A DNA stretch of 64,000 nt, taken from positions 2,894,026 to 2,958,025 of the forward strand of contig CM119269.1 in the NCBI GenBank assembly GCA_051294375.1, written 5' to 3'. This DNA is from Paraspadella gotoi (lineage: Eukaryota; Animalia; Chaetognatha). Below, in pieces: positions 32,833-44,800 of the stretch (position 1 is the stretch's first letter; every line of letters begins with the position of its first letter). Under the pieces are notes generated by a model, which saw only the letters and a program-made list of their open reading frames with translations, was not told where the DNA came from and did no database searches. Both the position numbers and the translations under genes were made by a program.

Positions 32833-33339
32833 TTATATTGAACGGTTCTGTCATTAACACTTATCAATAATTACTGTCTCTTCAGTTGTACCAATTTCAT
32901 AAGGGACCTGCTATGTCATTATCTTGTAAGAGTGATGGAGGCCTTCAACCACCAAAGCCTGTCCAAAGTCAGGGGCAGGATAGCTTATTTATTAAATGAA
33001 TAGATAATTGTTATCTTGGTTGTACCAATTTCATAAGGCTAGTTTGCCCCGAATTAGACAAAATAATTAACATATATTAACTCTTCCAGGTCGTTATTGT
33101 TAAGTCATCAAAATAAAGATAAAATATTAACATGTCTAAACTCTAATTAACTCTAATTATCCTTGTTTTTTCACTTAAATAAAATTTTTATTCCGGAGAG
33201 CTCCACTCTATCAATCATGCGAGTTGCAGAACTCTGACTCTGTATTCAATACTCAAGCGATTAACTAATACATTAATAAAAACATATTCAATTATTCATT
33301 ATTCAATAAGTCATCCTATGTCAGCGTATGCAGCGCAGG

Positions 33340-33530
33340 TGCGGCGGCAACCCAAAAGCAGCTGGCGTTATTCCCGCCATTACGCTCTTCTCCTTACGTA
33401 TTCTCTTCCTCCTCTAACTAGAATCGAATACCCCGCTCCTCATCTTTTCCTTCGTCCTTTGAATGTCCCTTGTTTTTTCAAAACGAATTCGGGCGCGGAG
33501 ATTTTCGACGAAATTTTGGCGCCGAGATTA
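33340..33530 (+). promoter_or_regulatory. CpG-rich putative cell-cycle promoter with E2F-like and CHR-like sites upstream of POLA1
   Basis: TTCCCGCC 33371-78, GGGCGCGGA 33491-99, TTTTGGCGCC 33514-23, TTTGAA 33458-63, TTCAAA 33477-82; a further TTTGAA at 34102-07. Confidence 0.45.
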
Positions 33531-34138
33531 TTAGCGAACTTTTTTGATAGATTCTGTTGAATTTGTTAAGACATGGCGGGACCCTAACGCTCTGAAAAGT
33601 GCGATGGCGAAGAGGACGATCTGGGGGAACACGCTCTGCACGGAGGCCGACACGATCGGATTCGGGATAAAATCCACTCTGAGACAATTTGCTTGCCTCT
33701 CCAGAGACAACGGAAACCTGATTATAAACCGGGACATTGTCTTGACCAATTATTTTTTTTAAATTGCATCTTTCCTAAATTATTTACAATATATTTTAAA
33801 TCCATCGATCAGGTTTTTTTTTCATTTGACTGAATAATGTCTTCTCTGTCTTTGACCTTAATTTTCAATATTCACCAATAACCATACAATCGTTTAACAT
33901 TCAAATTGTCTTTTTCCTTTCAGAAAAAAAATATTTCGCTGACCATCTATAACTCGGATGCTCTTTTTTCTCCTGGTCAAATCTCTCTCTACGCTGGGTC
34001 TTTTTAAATTTAGGAAAAAAATTATAAATAATACGACCCCAAAGAATATAACTTGAATTTTTTTTTTCATGTAGTAAAGCAAAAACCTGTTTATGCCGAA
34101 ATTTGAAAATAATTGAACTTTCCGCTTCGACTGTTTAA

Positions 34139-37100
34139 ATGCCGCAGCCAGTTGATCGCGATTCGGACGACGGTGACCCGGCCGTCGAATCGCAGTCGCG
34201 GTCCAGGTCGCGAAGGGAAAAGTCTAAAAAGCATCAATCGAGGTCATCGGCGCTAGAGAGGCTCAAAGCCGCCAAGTCTGGCAATAAAGGTCGGTCTTCC
34301 TATCTTTTACCCCCTGGCATTGGACTAAAGGACTAAAGGCATTGGAGTAAAGGAATTGGAGTTAAGGAACGAGCCTTCCTTCTTTCCAGACGCGAAATAC
34401 GCCTGTGCGGCCGAGGAAGAGAATGTCTTCGAATACGTGGACGAGGAGGAATACTCTTCTCGAGTGCTGCAACGTCAACAGGATGATTGGATCGTCGATG
34501 ACGATGGCGCCGGTCGGTAGAGACTCGAGCAGTCGATGTCGATTGTCGAAGGACTCCAGTCTCAGTTGGGTCGTTTGCCCCCGGTTTCAGGTTACGCCGA
34601 GACTGGTTTCGAGATCTTCGATGAGGAGGGCGACGATGAAAACAACGTCAAGGGGAAGAAGGGAAAGGTCAAATCGACGGGATCCAAGCAAGGAAAAGAA
34701 AAAAATCCTGACATCAAAAATCCTAATAAACCAGAGAAAAAAGCGTCTTCGTTAAAGGTGATGCAAGTTTAGTAGTAAAAGTATACGAATCTGTTTTACG
34801 GAATTTTAATCACAATATTTACTAATTCGTAATCGTTAAAAAAGGCGATGTTTTCGGCCCAAGCGGCGTCGAATCGGAAAAAGGCGGCGCCGCCATCGAT
34901 TGCGTCAACGGAAGACAACGTCTTGCGCGACATCATGTCTGAGCTGAAGCAGGAACCCGTGCTGCTGTCATCCAACGTGTCCAAACCGGCCTCCGCTGTA
35001 GTTGGTATTAAAAAATTCATTTGTAGTATTGATTTAAGTATAGATTTTACCATAACTTTTTCGTCCCACTTCCAGCTCGTAACGCGCAAAAAGGATCCGT
35101 TAATCCTTTCGGGGTCAAAACGCCAAGTTCGCCGATGAACTCTGCAACGGCCGCAACTCTTCCCCTTCCTTCAACTGCCATTTCTTCGTCTTCCACACGC
35201 GCGGTGCCCAGTAAGGCGTAGTGAAAGTTACATACGAAAATTCTAAAAAGTCAATTATGAACAACATACCATCAGTGAACATTAATTTGTAAAAAAAAAT
35301 AATTTTATATTTTTTAATTTTTGCAGTAGGCTATATTTATATATAGTACTATCCTTATAAAATCAAAAAAATTAAAAATAGGCTTTTCTTAATTTTGATT
35401 GCAGATTTGAATTCCTCGTCAAAAGTTGATAAAAGAAAATATAATCATTTTTAAAAATTCTTTTATTAAGTGGGTTAAAAATTAAAAAAAACTATATTTA
35501 ATATATAAAAAGTTAATTTTCAGCTTAAAATATAGCTTTTTCTAATTTTTGACTCACTTAATGAAAGAATTTTTAAAAAAGAGTTATATTTCTTTTTTAA
35601 CAACTTTTTATGACAAATCCAAATCTGCAAAAAAATCTTAGAAAAAACTGTTTTGAAATTTTAACATTTATTGGTTTAGTACTAGTATAAATATGGCCTA
35701 CTGCGTAAATTGTTAAATTTATTATAAATTTTTTTATTACATAAATGTTCATTAGTATAATGTTGTTCGTTCCTCACTTTTAGAATTTTAATTAAAGTTA
35801 AATTTAGAAATTTTACTACGCTTTAGTGCCCAGTAAGCCGTCGCCACCGAAACAACCGCGGCCATCGGAGCCCTGTAATCCTCCGAGAACGACTTTGACA
35901 GCGTCTTCCTTCGTGAAATTCGAAGTGAGTTTTAATCGTGATAATTTGACTGTTGAATATTCTTAATTTTAACGCCCATTTTTCTTTCTGGTGAAAAGGA
36001 TGAGCCTTCGTCTCAGCCTTTGTCTCAATACTCGATGGTAGAGTTGCCTTCCGTCGCGGAGATGGCTGACGATCCTTTCGAGAACGACATCCCAATTGTG
36101 AAGAACCCTGTCGGAGGAAAGATGGAAGAAGACGTTAAGCAAGAAAAAGTCGAATCTAAAATCAAAGGTTAAACGAAATGCTATGATATATCTATGTACG
36201 TATCTGTAATTTTACTAATTTTGAATTATTTCGTCAGTTTCGACAAAGCACACGTCATTCTCTGATTTGGAAACTGGATGGGACGCAGAAGAGGGCGACG
36301 TGAGCTGCTCGGTGCTTTCCGCCTCAGAATCTTCGTCCTCAACGACGCTGCCCATAGTTTCCAGCACGGACGGACAGTCCATCTTTCGTTTCTATTGGAT
36401 AGACGCGTACGAAGACAATCTTCGGCAGCCGGGAACCGTATATCTCTTCGGCAAAACCGAGCGTCCCAATTCCCCGTCCGCGTTCGTCTCCGTTTGCCTC
36501 GTTGTCAAGGAGGTGGAACGTCTCGTCTACTTCCTGCCGCGACGTCAACGACGCCATCCAAAGTCTGGTAAACTGTTGTCGGAAGAGGAAATCACGTTTC
36601 AAGACGTCTATACGGAGGTCAATGAGATGGCCGGCCAGCGAGGAATCTTAAAATTCAAGTCCAAAAAGGTGGACAAAAAGTACGCCTTTGGGACAGTCTC
36701 TGAGGCCCCGCACGAGGGCGAATATCTCCAAGTAATGTACTCCGCCAAGTTTCCTGCCTTCCCCGCTGATTTCAAGGGTGAAACTTTCTCGCACGTTTTC
36801 GGCACAAATACATCGTTTTTGGAGAATTTTTTGATTCAAAGGAGAATGAAGGTAAAATAATTTTGTTATTAATAGATAGATAAATCATAATGGTCGCCCA
36901 TTTCTATAAAAGTTTGATTATCGATAGTAGTCTTTACTGCTTTTTAAATTTTCTCAGACTGAACACTGAACAGTGACTGTTAAATTCTCCAGTTTTTTTT
37001 TTCACGTATGAGTGAGGGTTTGTTTTTAAAAATTATTTTTCGATCGTCTCCTTTCGCTGTGGGTAATTTTAAATTTTTTTATAGATATTAACGTTTTGGG

Positions 37101-40071
37101 ACTTTTTAATCCACGTCTTTTTTCTCTGCAGGGTCCTTGCTGGCTGGATGTTACTGGCGTCATTCAAAACTCCGCAAAAATTTCATGGTGCCAAATTGAG
37201 GCTTCAGTCAATTCACCATCGAGTATTACCATCTGCAAAGACTACGACCTTCCTCCACCACCGCTCATTGTAATGTCACTCTCGCTTCGCACTTTGCAGT
37301 CGAGCAAGACGCATCAAAACGAGATATGCCTAATTGCCGCTCTCGTTAATCATCATGTTCGTTTGGACAAGCCCGCTCCTGCTAAGAAGTGGGAGACACA
37401 TCTTTGTGCCATCACCAAACCATCGGACCAGATATTCCCATTCGATTTTACTGATACAATGAACAAGTCTCGCAACAGATTTTCCTGCGATGTGGTTGGC
37501 AATGAACGAGGACTTCTCAGTCTGTTTCTAGCTAAGTTAAGTAAGATTGATCCAGATGTCTTGGTTGGACATGACATCCTTGGCCTAGATTTTGATGCCC
37601 TGTTGTCTCGAATTCACGCCAATAAGGTGCCCCTTTGGTCCAAACTAGGCCGTCTAAAAAGATCGACCATGCCAAAGCTCGGACTTAGCTATGGCGGTAA
37701 AGTAAACGCTGACGCGAAGCTTGCCGCCGCTGGTCGACTTGTTTGTGACACGGAAGTTTCGGCTAAAGAGCTCATCCGTGCGAAATCCTACGATTTGTCT
37801 ACACTTGTCAATCAAATTATAAAACCGCAAGAGAAGCACAGTCAGCTGGATGAAGATCTTGTCAGAAATGCCTACCAACGAAGCGAAGATTTAGTTAAGC
37901 TAATTGAATTAACTCTGACTGATGCCAACCACATTCTCGCGCTTTTATTTGAGCTCAACATCTTGCCATTGGCTCACCAGATCACTACAATTTGTGGAAA
38001 TACAATGGGCAAAACACTAAGTGGAGGTAGAGCCGAGAGAAACACGTTTTTGTTGCTGCATGCTTTCAACGAGAGGGGATATATATGCCCCGATAAAGTT
38101 TTTGGAGTGCGAAAAAAAGGAGCTGGAAAGGAAAATCCCAACGCAGGTGAAGATCCTGATGGGACGACTGGAGGACCTAAAGCGCGGAAAAAACCTCAAT
38201 ATGCTGGAGGGTTAGTCCTCGAGCCAAAAAAGGGTTTTTATGACAAATTTGTATTACTTTTAGATTTCAACTCTTTGTACCCGTCCATCATTCAAGAGTA
38301 CAATATCTGCTTTACCACAATTGATCTTAAGGACCAGTTAAAGCAAACTGAGTCATTGTATGAAGGCGGTTCCTCTGAAAGTCTTCCGTCGCTTCCAGAT
38401 CCATCGCTTGAGGCCGGAGTTCTACCCACGGAAATTCGCCGATTAGTTGAAAGTCGTCGTTCTGTTAAGCAACTCTTAAAAACTGTGGATCAGACCAGTG
38501 ATCTATACTGTCAGTATGACATTCGACAGAAAGCTTTAAAACTAACTGCTAATTCAATGTACGGATGTCTCGGATTTTCTGAATCCCGTTTCCATGCAAA
38601 ACCGCTCGCCGCTTTGGTCACTAGCAAGGGAAGAGAAACGCTTATGAAAACAAAAGAGTTAGCGCTTTCACTCGGGTTGGACGTCATTTACGGGGACACC
38701 GACTCAATCATGATCAATACCAATTCGACCGATGTGGAACAAGTATTTAAGTTAGGGCAAAAAGTAAAGGCAGAAGTAAACAAACTTTACAAGTTGCTGG
38801 AAATTGATATTGATGGAATTTTCAAGTCTATGCTTCTTTTGAAAAAGAAAAAGTATGCAGCCCTAACGATGTCCAAAGGTCCCAATGGTGAGTGGTATAC
38901 AACTGAAGAACTGAAGGGCTTAGATATTGTTCGAAGAGATTGGTGTGATCTGGCAAAAGATATTGGTCGCTTTGCTGTTTCTGAAATACTCAGTGGAAAG
39001 AGTAGAGAGGAGATCGTGTCTGAAGTTCGTAACGCGTTAACTCTCTTAAATGAAAGAGTTAGAAATGGAACAGAGCCTCTGGAGAGCTTTGTTATTCAAA
39101 AGCAACTGGTTAAACATCCTGAAGAATATCCAGATAAAAAGTCACTTCCTCATGTTCAAGTCGCTATAAGGAATAACTCCAGAGGTGGAAAAAAACTAAA
39201 AGCCGGCGATACAATTCCCTACATAATCTGTATTGATGGGTCGAATAGCACAGCTGCGCAAAGATCCTATCATCCTGAGGATTTGGCTAAAATGGACAAT
39301 CTCTCCATTGACGTTATGTACTACCTTACATCCCAAGTGCACCCAGTAGTCAGCCGTCTTTGTGATCCAATTGATGGCCTTGATGCTGCCACCATTGCGT
39401 CAACTCTTGGACTTAATCCCGCTGATTATATCAAATTCAATAAAGAGGAACAGACGGAGGAAGACGCGATGATGGCCGGAGACGCTTTCCAGGAAGCTCT
39501 TGATCGGTTCAAGGACTGTGATCGATTGCAGTTTGCCTGTCCGAAATGCGAAAAAGAACAAATCATGGATTCGGTTTTCAAAGATGCGGATGGTGTTACG
39601 GCGAACTTAAGTATCGGAAAGTGCTCGAATTCTACTTGTGATGTACAATTAATCAATTATCTCCAACTGATTAAAAATAAACTATCTCTTAAAATTCGGG
39701 ACAATATTAGAAAGTACTACGCCAACTGGTCTGTATGTGAAGATTCTGCTTGTCATTTTCGGACTCGTCGAGTCCCATTAATCATCGTCAAGGGCCAGCC
39801 TGGATGTCCAGCGTGCGGTAGCTTATTGCGTCCGGAGATGGCCGCGTCGCATCTTCACGATCAACTCATGTTCTTTAGTTTCATTTTTGATTGGGAAAAA
39901 GGATTACAAGGGCTTTCGTCGAATGAGAGAGATTCTGTATTAGCAACATATGGAAAACAAGAGGAAATTTTGGATGCCTACCAAGATTTGAAAACTCACG
40001 TTGATGCCATTTTACTTAAAAGCTCCTACAATCAAGTAGACTTAAGTGCGTTTCAAAGTATTTGGTGCTAA
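34139..40071 (+). CDS. POLA1: DNA polymerase alpha catalytic subunit (multi-exon; last exon 37132-40071)
   Basis: N-terminal ALERLKAAK and DDWIVDDDG-GYAETG, then FRFYWIDAYE and GTVYLFGK. Pol-B motifs DFNSLYPSII, KLTANSMYGC and YGDTDS, plus two C-terminal Cys clusters. Confidence 0.98.
35212..35825. mobile_element. hAT-like MITE that constitutes a POLA1 intron (introner-like)
   Basis: 8-bp TSD GTGCCCAG (35204-11, 35826-33), TIR TAAGGCGTAGTGAAA / TTTTACTACGCTTTA, loosely palindromic interior. Confidence 0.85.
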
Positions 40072-40233
40072 TTTGATTTAGCTCCCTTCCGAATTTCGGA
40101 TTCTGTTTTTATCACTAACGTGTAGAATTGTTTGTTTTATGTATTTAATATTTGCTGATTTTTGCTAAATTTGGATAATTTAGTCATTGCTTTTTACTGT
40201 TAAAAGTTTTTTTTTACAGATGCTCTCATCATA

Positions 40234-41636
40234 ATGACTACTTTCTCAAACTTGAATTTTTCCCTAACCGTCATTAAAGAAAATGGAAAAGACGGAATCC
40301 TGATTCCCTGCTCATTCGTTAAATCGAATTGTTTTTATATTGGAAGCTCCAAAGATAGCGACGTACAAGGTGTTCAAGCATCAAGGTAACTTATTTAGAT
40401 TATCTGAAAATTGATATTTGATAATTAATTTTTTTCAGATTATCTTTTAACTTTTCAGTGTTTATCTAGTATAATTAATAACATAATTAATGCTTGTTTC
40501 TCTTGTAAGTCCTACACCCCTCTATGCGGTTATCAGAAGGTCGATTTTTTTTGGAAAATGAGAAAATTTCCTTCAATTGCTGTGATAGTGAACCAAAAGA
40601 AATCTTTAACGATGATATTTTAAAAATTGGCCCCATTGAAGTTCGAGTAAATTTTCCGAAAGAGTGCACTGATCTGCATGATTCTCATACAGTTCTTAAA
40701 ACTAAAAGTTGTCATGAAAATTCCTCACTGGAGGTTGAAATTCCTCCCGTTGTTGATTCTGAGCTAGAACATGATGGAAACGCTTTGCTTAACATAGTTT
40801 ATGAAAATGGGATATGCCTGTCACAAGATACTACTGATAGTGTGGATTTGCCTCTTTTTCCGATCGAGCAATCGACAGATTGCAAAAACAAGGACCAAGA
40901 AGGACCAAAAAATTTGGCGGCTGATGAGACCTCGACGGCTGAAAAGGTAGAAATTTCGGATTTAGATTTTAAGCAATTGATCCGTCGCCAAAAAGTCAAA
41001 TTGCCGAATGATGTTGATGAGTCATCCACAGACACTATTCCCCTTCAAGGTCTTGAATCTCCTTGCGTGCAAGCTTCCAGATCCAGTAAAAACACTCGAT
41101 CGAGACAAAAAGCAGCTTTGGAATCCGCGCTCCCCGAGAAATCTGAGATCCCATCAGTTTTGATGACTAAAGAATTCGAGGTCACCGCACAAAGATACGC
41201 TCTCCGTCGGAAGCCAAGGGTACAGCCCGACGAAGAGGTTTCCGCGCAGAGAGACCCCGCCCATACGATTGAACCATCAACGCCTTCATCTCGAGGTCGT
41301 CGCGGAAGGAAGCCGAAGCCGCGAGAAACGCCCGCGGAGCCGCAATCGTTGGTCGAGGGTTCGTCCGAAGTACCGATTTCCACTCGATCAAAATCACGAG
41401 GAAAGTTGCCCAGCGAATCAGACGACAGAGAAGAGAAGCGAGAGGAAGAATCCTTGAAGAAACAAAAGGCCGACGCTTCAGTCGCACCAACCAAAACGCG
41501 CCGCTGTCGAAAAGAGAAGAAGTTATATGAGGCAGACGCTATGATTGATAAAGCAGACGAGATGATCAATACTACAGATAGCAAACTGAATTTACCGGTT
41601 GCTCGACGAACCCGATCTAAGTCTCCAAGAAGATAA
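40234..41636 (+). CDS. Protein with N-terminal degenerate FHA-like domain (Ki-67/MDC1-like layout) and disordered acidic-then-basic tail (exons 40234-40369, 40510-41636)
   Basis: Spliced LTVIKENGKDGILIP..CFYIGSSKDSDVQVLHPS..EPKEIFNDDILKIGPIEVRV matches the FHA strand pattern from memory; 370-aa open second exon. Confidence 0.6.
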
Positions 41637-41833
41637 TTTCGAAAACGCGGAATTATTTTCTAAAAGGAAGTCGGAGCCAAGAAGAAAATAAGCACTCGAT
41701 AGGCGACTCTTTTTACTTCGTATTGTCGAAAATGACATTCGTTTTTATAAATTCTGTTGAAATCTGTTTATTGTATGCTTTAAATTGATTTTATCTGGCA
41801 GAAGAAATTAATGGGCCGAGTTGACTAAACAAA

Positions 41834-44800
41834 ATGGCGAGTTTCGATTTCGAAATTCCTATTAACTTAAAAGATTTAGAAGAATCTCCCGGAGGCAACC
41901 AGTATGTGGTCCGAGAAGTCGTTCCCGTCGCTCAACTTCAAGCCAAGATCGAGCAGTTTCGCGTGGGCCTCTCCCGTGCAGGCCCCTCGGTCATCTGCGA
42001 ACGATTCGACTCTTTTTACAGTCTCCTCGACGGTTGGGCTCGCGCCTCGCCCGAGTTGGTCACAGACGCATGGACTCAGATCAACAAGACCCTAGTTAAA
42101 CTGACCCAAGTCTTGCCGGAAGTTATCGATGGAGGGGGCTCCAACATGCACCGACGCGACGATATGCGCGTTCATCAGAACGCCCTCAAGATGATTTGCT
42201 TCGTCGTCTGCCAGATGGCGGATAAGTTGGAGAATCGCGCGACGATGCCCTCCGCCGCCACCTCCGCTAAATCTAAGAAGGCGACGAAGAAACAGCAGCA
42301 GGAGGAGTGGCCTTTCCACTTTGACTGGGACGCCGAAAAGCACAAACTCATTGGAGCCTTTACCGCGCTCCTTCGACTCAATCTCCACCGTCTCTGGGAT
42401 CCTCCGGTCGTGGAGGACTGTTTCTTCAACATGGTCGCCGCGATTTGCTTCAAGTTTTTCGAAAATCCCAACATCGCGCGAGCTAAGAACATTCAAGCAG
42501 AGACGGCAACCCTTGTCGGCGTTTGCATCGTGAGATACAACCAGATGTCGAGCATCTGCTGTCGTCTGATGCAGGTGTTGGCACACTTCGAGCACGCGGT
42601 CACTCCGCTGACGCAGCTCGTCGTCGCGCTCGTTGAAAAGCACGACCTCCACTCGATAGTAGCCACCGTCGTTAGGGAAATCGGACGCATCGATCCCGAG
42701 GATCTTATCCGAGACACGGCCGGGAGTAAGGCCTATGCTAAATTCTTGCAGGTAATGATAGGTTAGGGATGGTATTTTCTATTTTCTATTTTCTATTTGA
42801 CCGATGCTCCCCATAAATGTCGTCGTCGTTGGCGTTCAAAATTATAGATAGTTTTTTCCCCTTTTTTTATCTCTATTTCTCTGTCTCTGGCACATTTATA
42901 ATAAATTTCTGCAATTCTTACCAGAGGAGGATTTAGCCTGCTGTCCAATTCTCCTCTTCCTCTGCTTCTTCTTCTTTCCTCCTCCTGCCCCTCAGTATAT
43001 TTTGTCTAGCGATACATTCTCTCGTTTCTACTCTTCGCGAAATATACCATTATTTTCCCTCTATTTCTTCACGCCTTCAATACCCCTCAAGCTTACTTTT
43101 AAATTTATTAATTATATGCAATTTATTTATATCAATTCTTTCATTAATTTAAATTAAATAAATTTAAATATAATTAATTCTATCAAAAATGATTTTTTTT
43201 TTGAGTATCAAAGTTTGTCATGTGTCCAAAAATTTTTTATGCGATTGCGACAATCCGCGGCCAGTGGTCATTGGTGCCGGAGGCAAGACATTCGCCTCCC
43301 AACCCAAAGGTCTGGGGTTTTAGCCCGGTGGTCGCCTAGCAGTTAAGAGGGACGGGCGCTTAACCCGCCTGTAACACGGTGTTACAGCCTGATCCGAAGC
43401 TCATATATCAGGGACCGCTTATATTGAACGGTTCTGTCACCAACTAATAACAATTATTACTGTCTCTTCACTTTTAAGATTTTTACTTCAAACTTGCCCT
43501 CTTAAAACTTTAAATTAACATTTTAATTAACGTTGGATATAAAATTTAGGATTTTAGCATTTAATTTTCGTTTTTGTTATTCTCAAACTAATTTTCTTCC
43601 TTTCTTAGGACTTGGCAAAGGCGATCCCAGACTCCTTCACCTCATCCATGCCCATGCTCATTCCCTTTCTCGACATCGTCGACCCTTACGCGATGCGCGT
43701 CGCCGCCCTCGGCGTCATCGGCGAAATCTACGTCCAGCGTCTCACGAAGACCCAGGACCCAAAGGCGCGGGAGACGAGGGAGCAGTTCGCCGACATCCTC
43801 GAGCAGCACATGCACGATATCAACGGCCTCGGTGAGGACGGAAGTTTCCTTGAAACCGATTGGTTGTCGTTCGGCTTCGAAAAGTGAACCGTTTTTATGA
43901 TGTCATAAAAATAAAAATTTTGCTTTCACCCCTCAAAAATAATCCCACAGTTCGTAGCCGCGTCTTCCAAATGTGGATTCAAGCCAGCCAATCCAACGGC
44001 GTTCTCATCGCTCGCTATCACAATTTGCTCGATCTGGCCATCGGTCAAGTCATGGACAAATCGATCCTCGTCCGCAAACACGCCGTCCATCTCATCGTCA
44101 ACCTCCTACGCAACAACCCCTTCAATTCGCAGTTCGAGGCTGACGCCTTGGAGGCCAAGTGCGAGGCCGAAGAGCAAAAGCTGGAGGAGATGCGAGAGGC
44201 GGCGAAGAAGAGAGCGAGCTTGGAGACTGACAAGAGGCGGGAAGACCAAGACGAGTGGGGCGGGATCGAGGACGAGATCGGGGAGGAGTTGGCCAAAGAG
44301 GGGGAGAAGCAGAGAAACGAGACGAACGAAGAGGCCAGTGTCAAAGAGGGAGAGTCCATAGAGACGGTGCTCTTACGGTAAGTCGAAATCGGCTTAGTAA
44401 CGGTTTTTTTTTTCGATTTTTTTATGTCTCCCCTATACTTTACTAGTAGAAATCCACTATGAAATTAATTTCAATAGGGGCGGGGGTTCAAAACTTTAGT
44501 CTTGAAGTCTACTTTTAGGTAAAAAAAGAATTTATTAAAAAAGTTCGATTTTAATGCTTTTATTGTTGCTATTAAAATTACAATATTACTATATAATGAT
44601 AAAAATTTTTTTAAATCAATCTTAACTTTTTTGATGGATTCTGATAGAGCATAAAAAGTTAAATGAAAAATTTAACTACAACTTTCAAAAATATTTATGT
44701 TTTCTTGGTCAAAATTAAGAAAAAGTAATAAAATTATCAAAAAATGATGATGATGATGGTTATAAATAGTTTTTCATATTTTTTACATACTTATGATCAA

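Larger units (their letters stand above)
32232..32884 (+). mobile_element. Complete mini LTR retrotransposon (TRIM-like, family 1) with tRNA-like head and twister ribozyme in each LTR
   Basis: Near-identical LTRs 32232-32465 and 32649-32884 (the 3' LTR is TG...CA; the 5' LTR lacks the G). PBS TGGTGAGCCCGAC at 32467-32479, PPT GGGAGGGGGGA at 32638-32648, TSD GTTG at 32228-31 and 32885-88, 183-bp non-coding interior. Confidence 0.88.
30490..33036 (+). repeat. Tandem array of a ~323-bp twister-containing monomer (family 3), interrupted by two insertions
   Basis: Unit 1 from ~30490, unit 2 from ~31929, 5'-truncated unit 3 from ~32902. Twister folds at 30694-30756, 32130-32191 and 32920-32982. 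Confidence 0.85.

Noticed and set aside
32232-32884. Tandem SINE dimer
   Set aside because: PBS directly after the first repeat, PPT directly before the second, CA ends and a 4-bp TSD indicate an LTR structure.
33581-33588. ACCCTAAC as a telomerase RNA template
   Set aside because: No U-rich/A-rich pseudoknot follows; an 8-mer is expected by chance.
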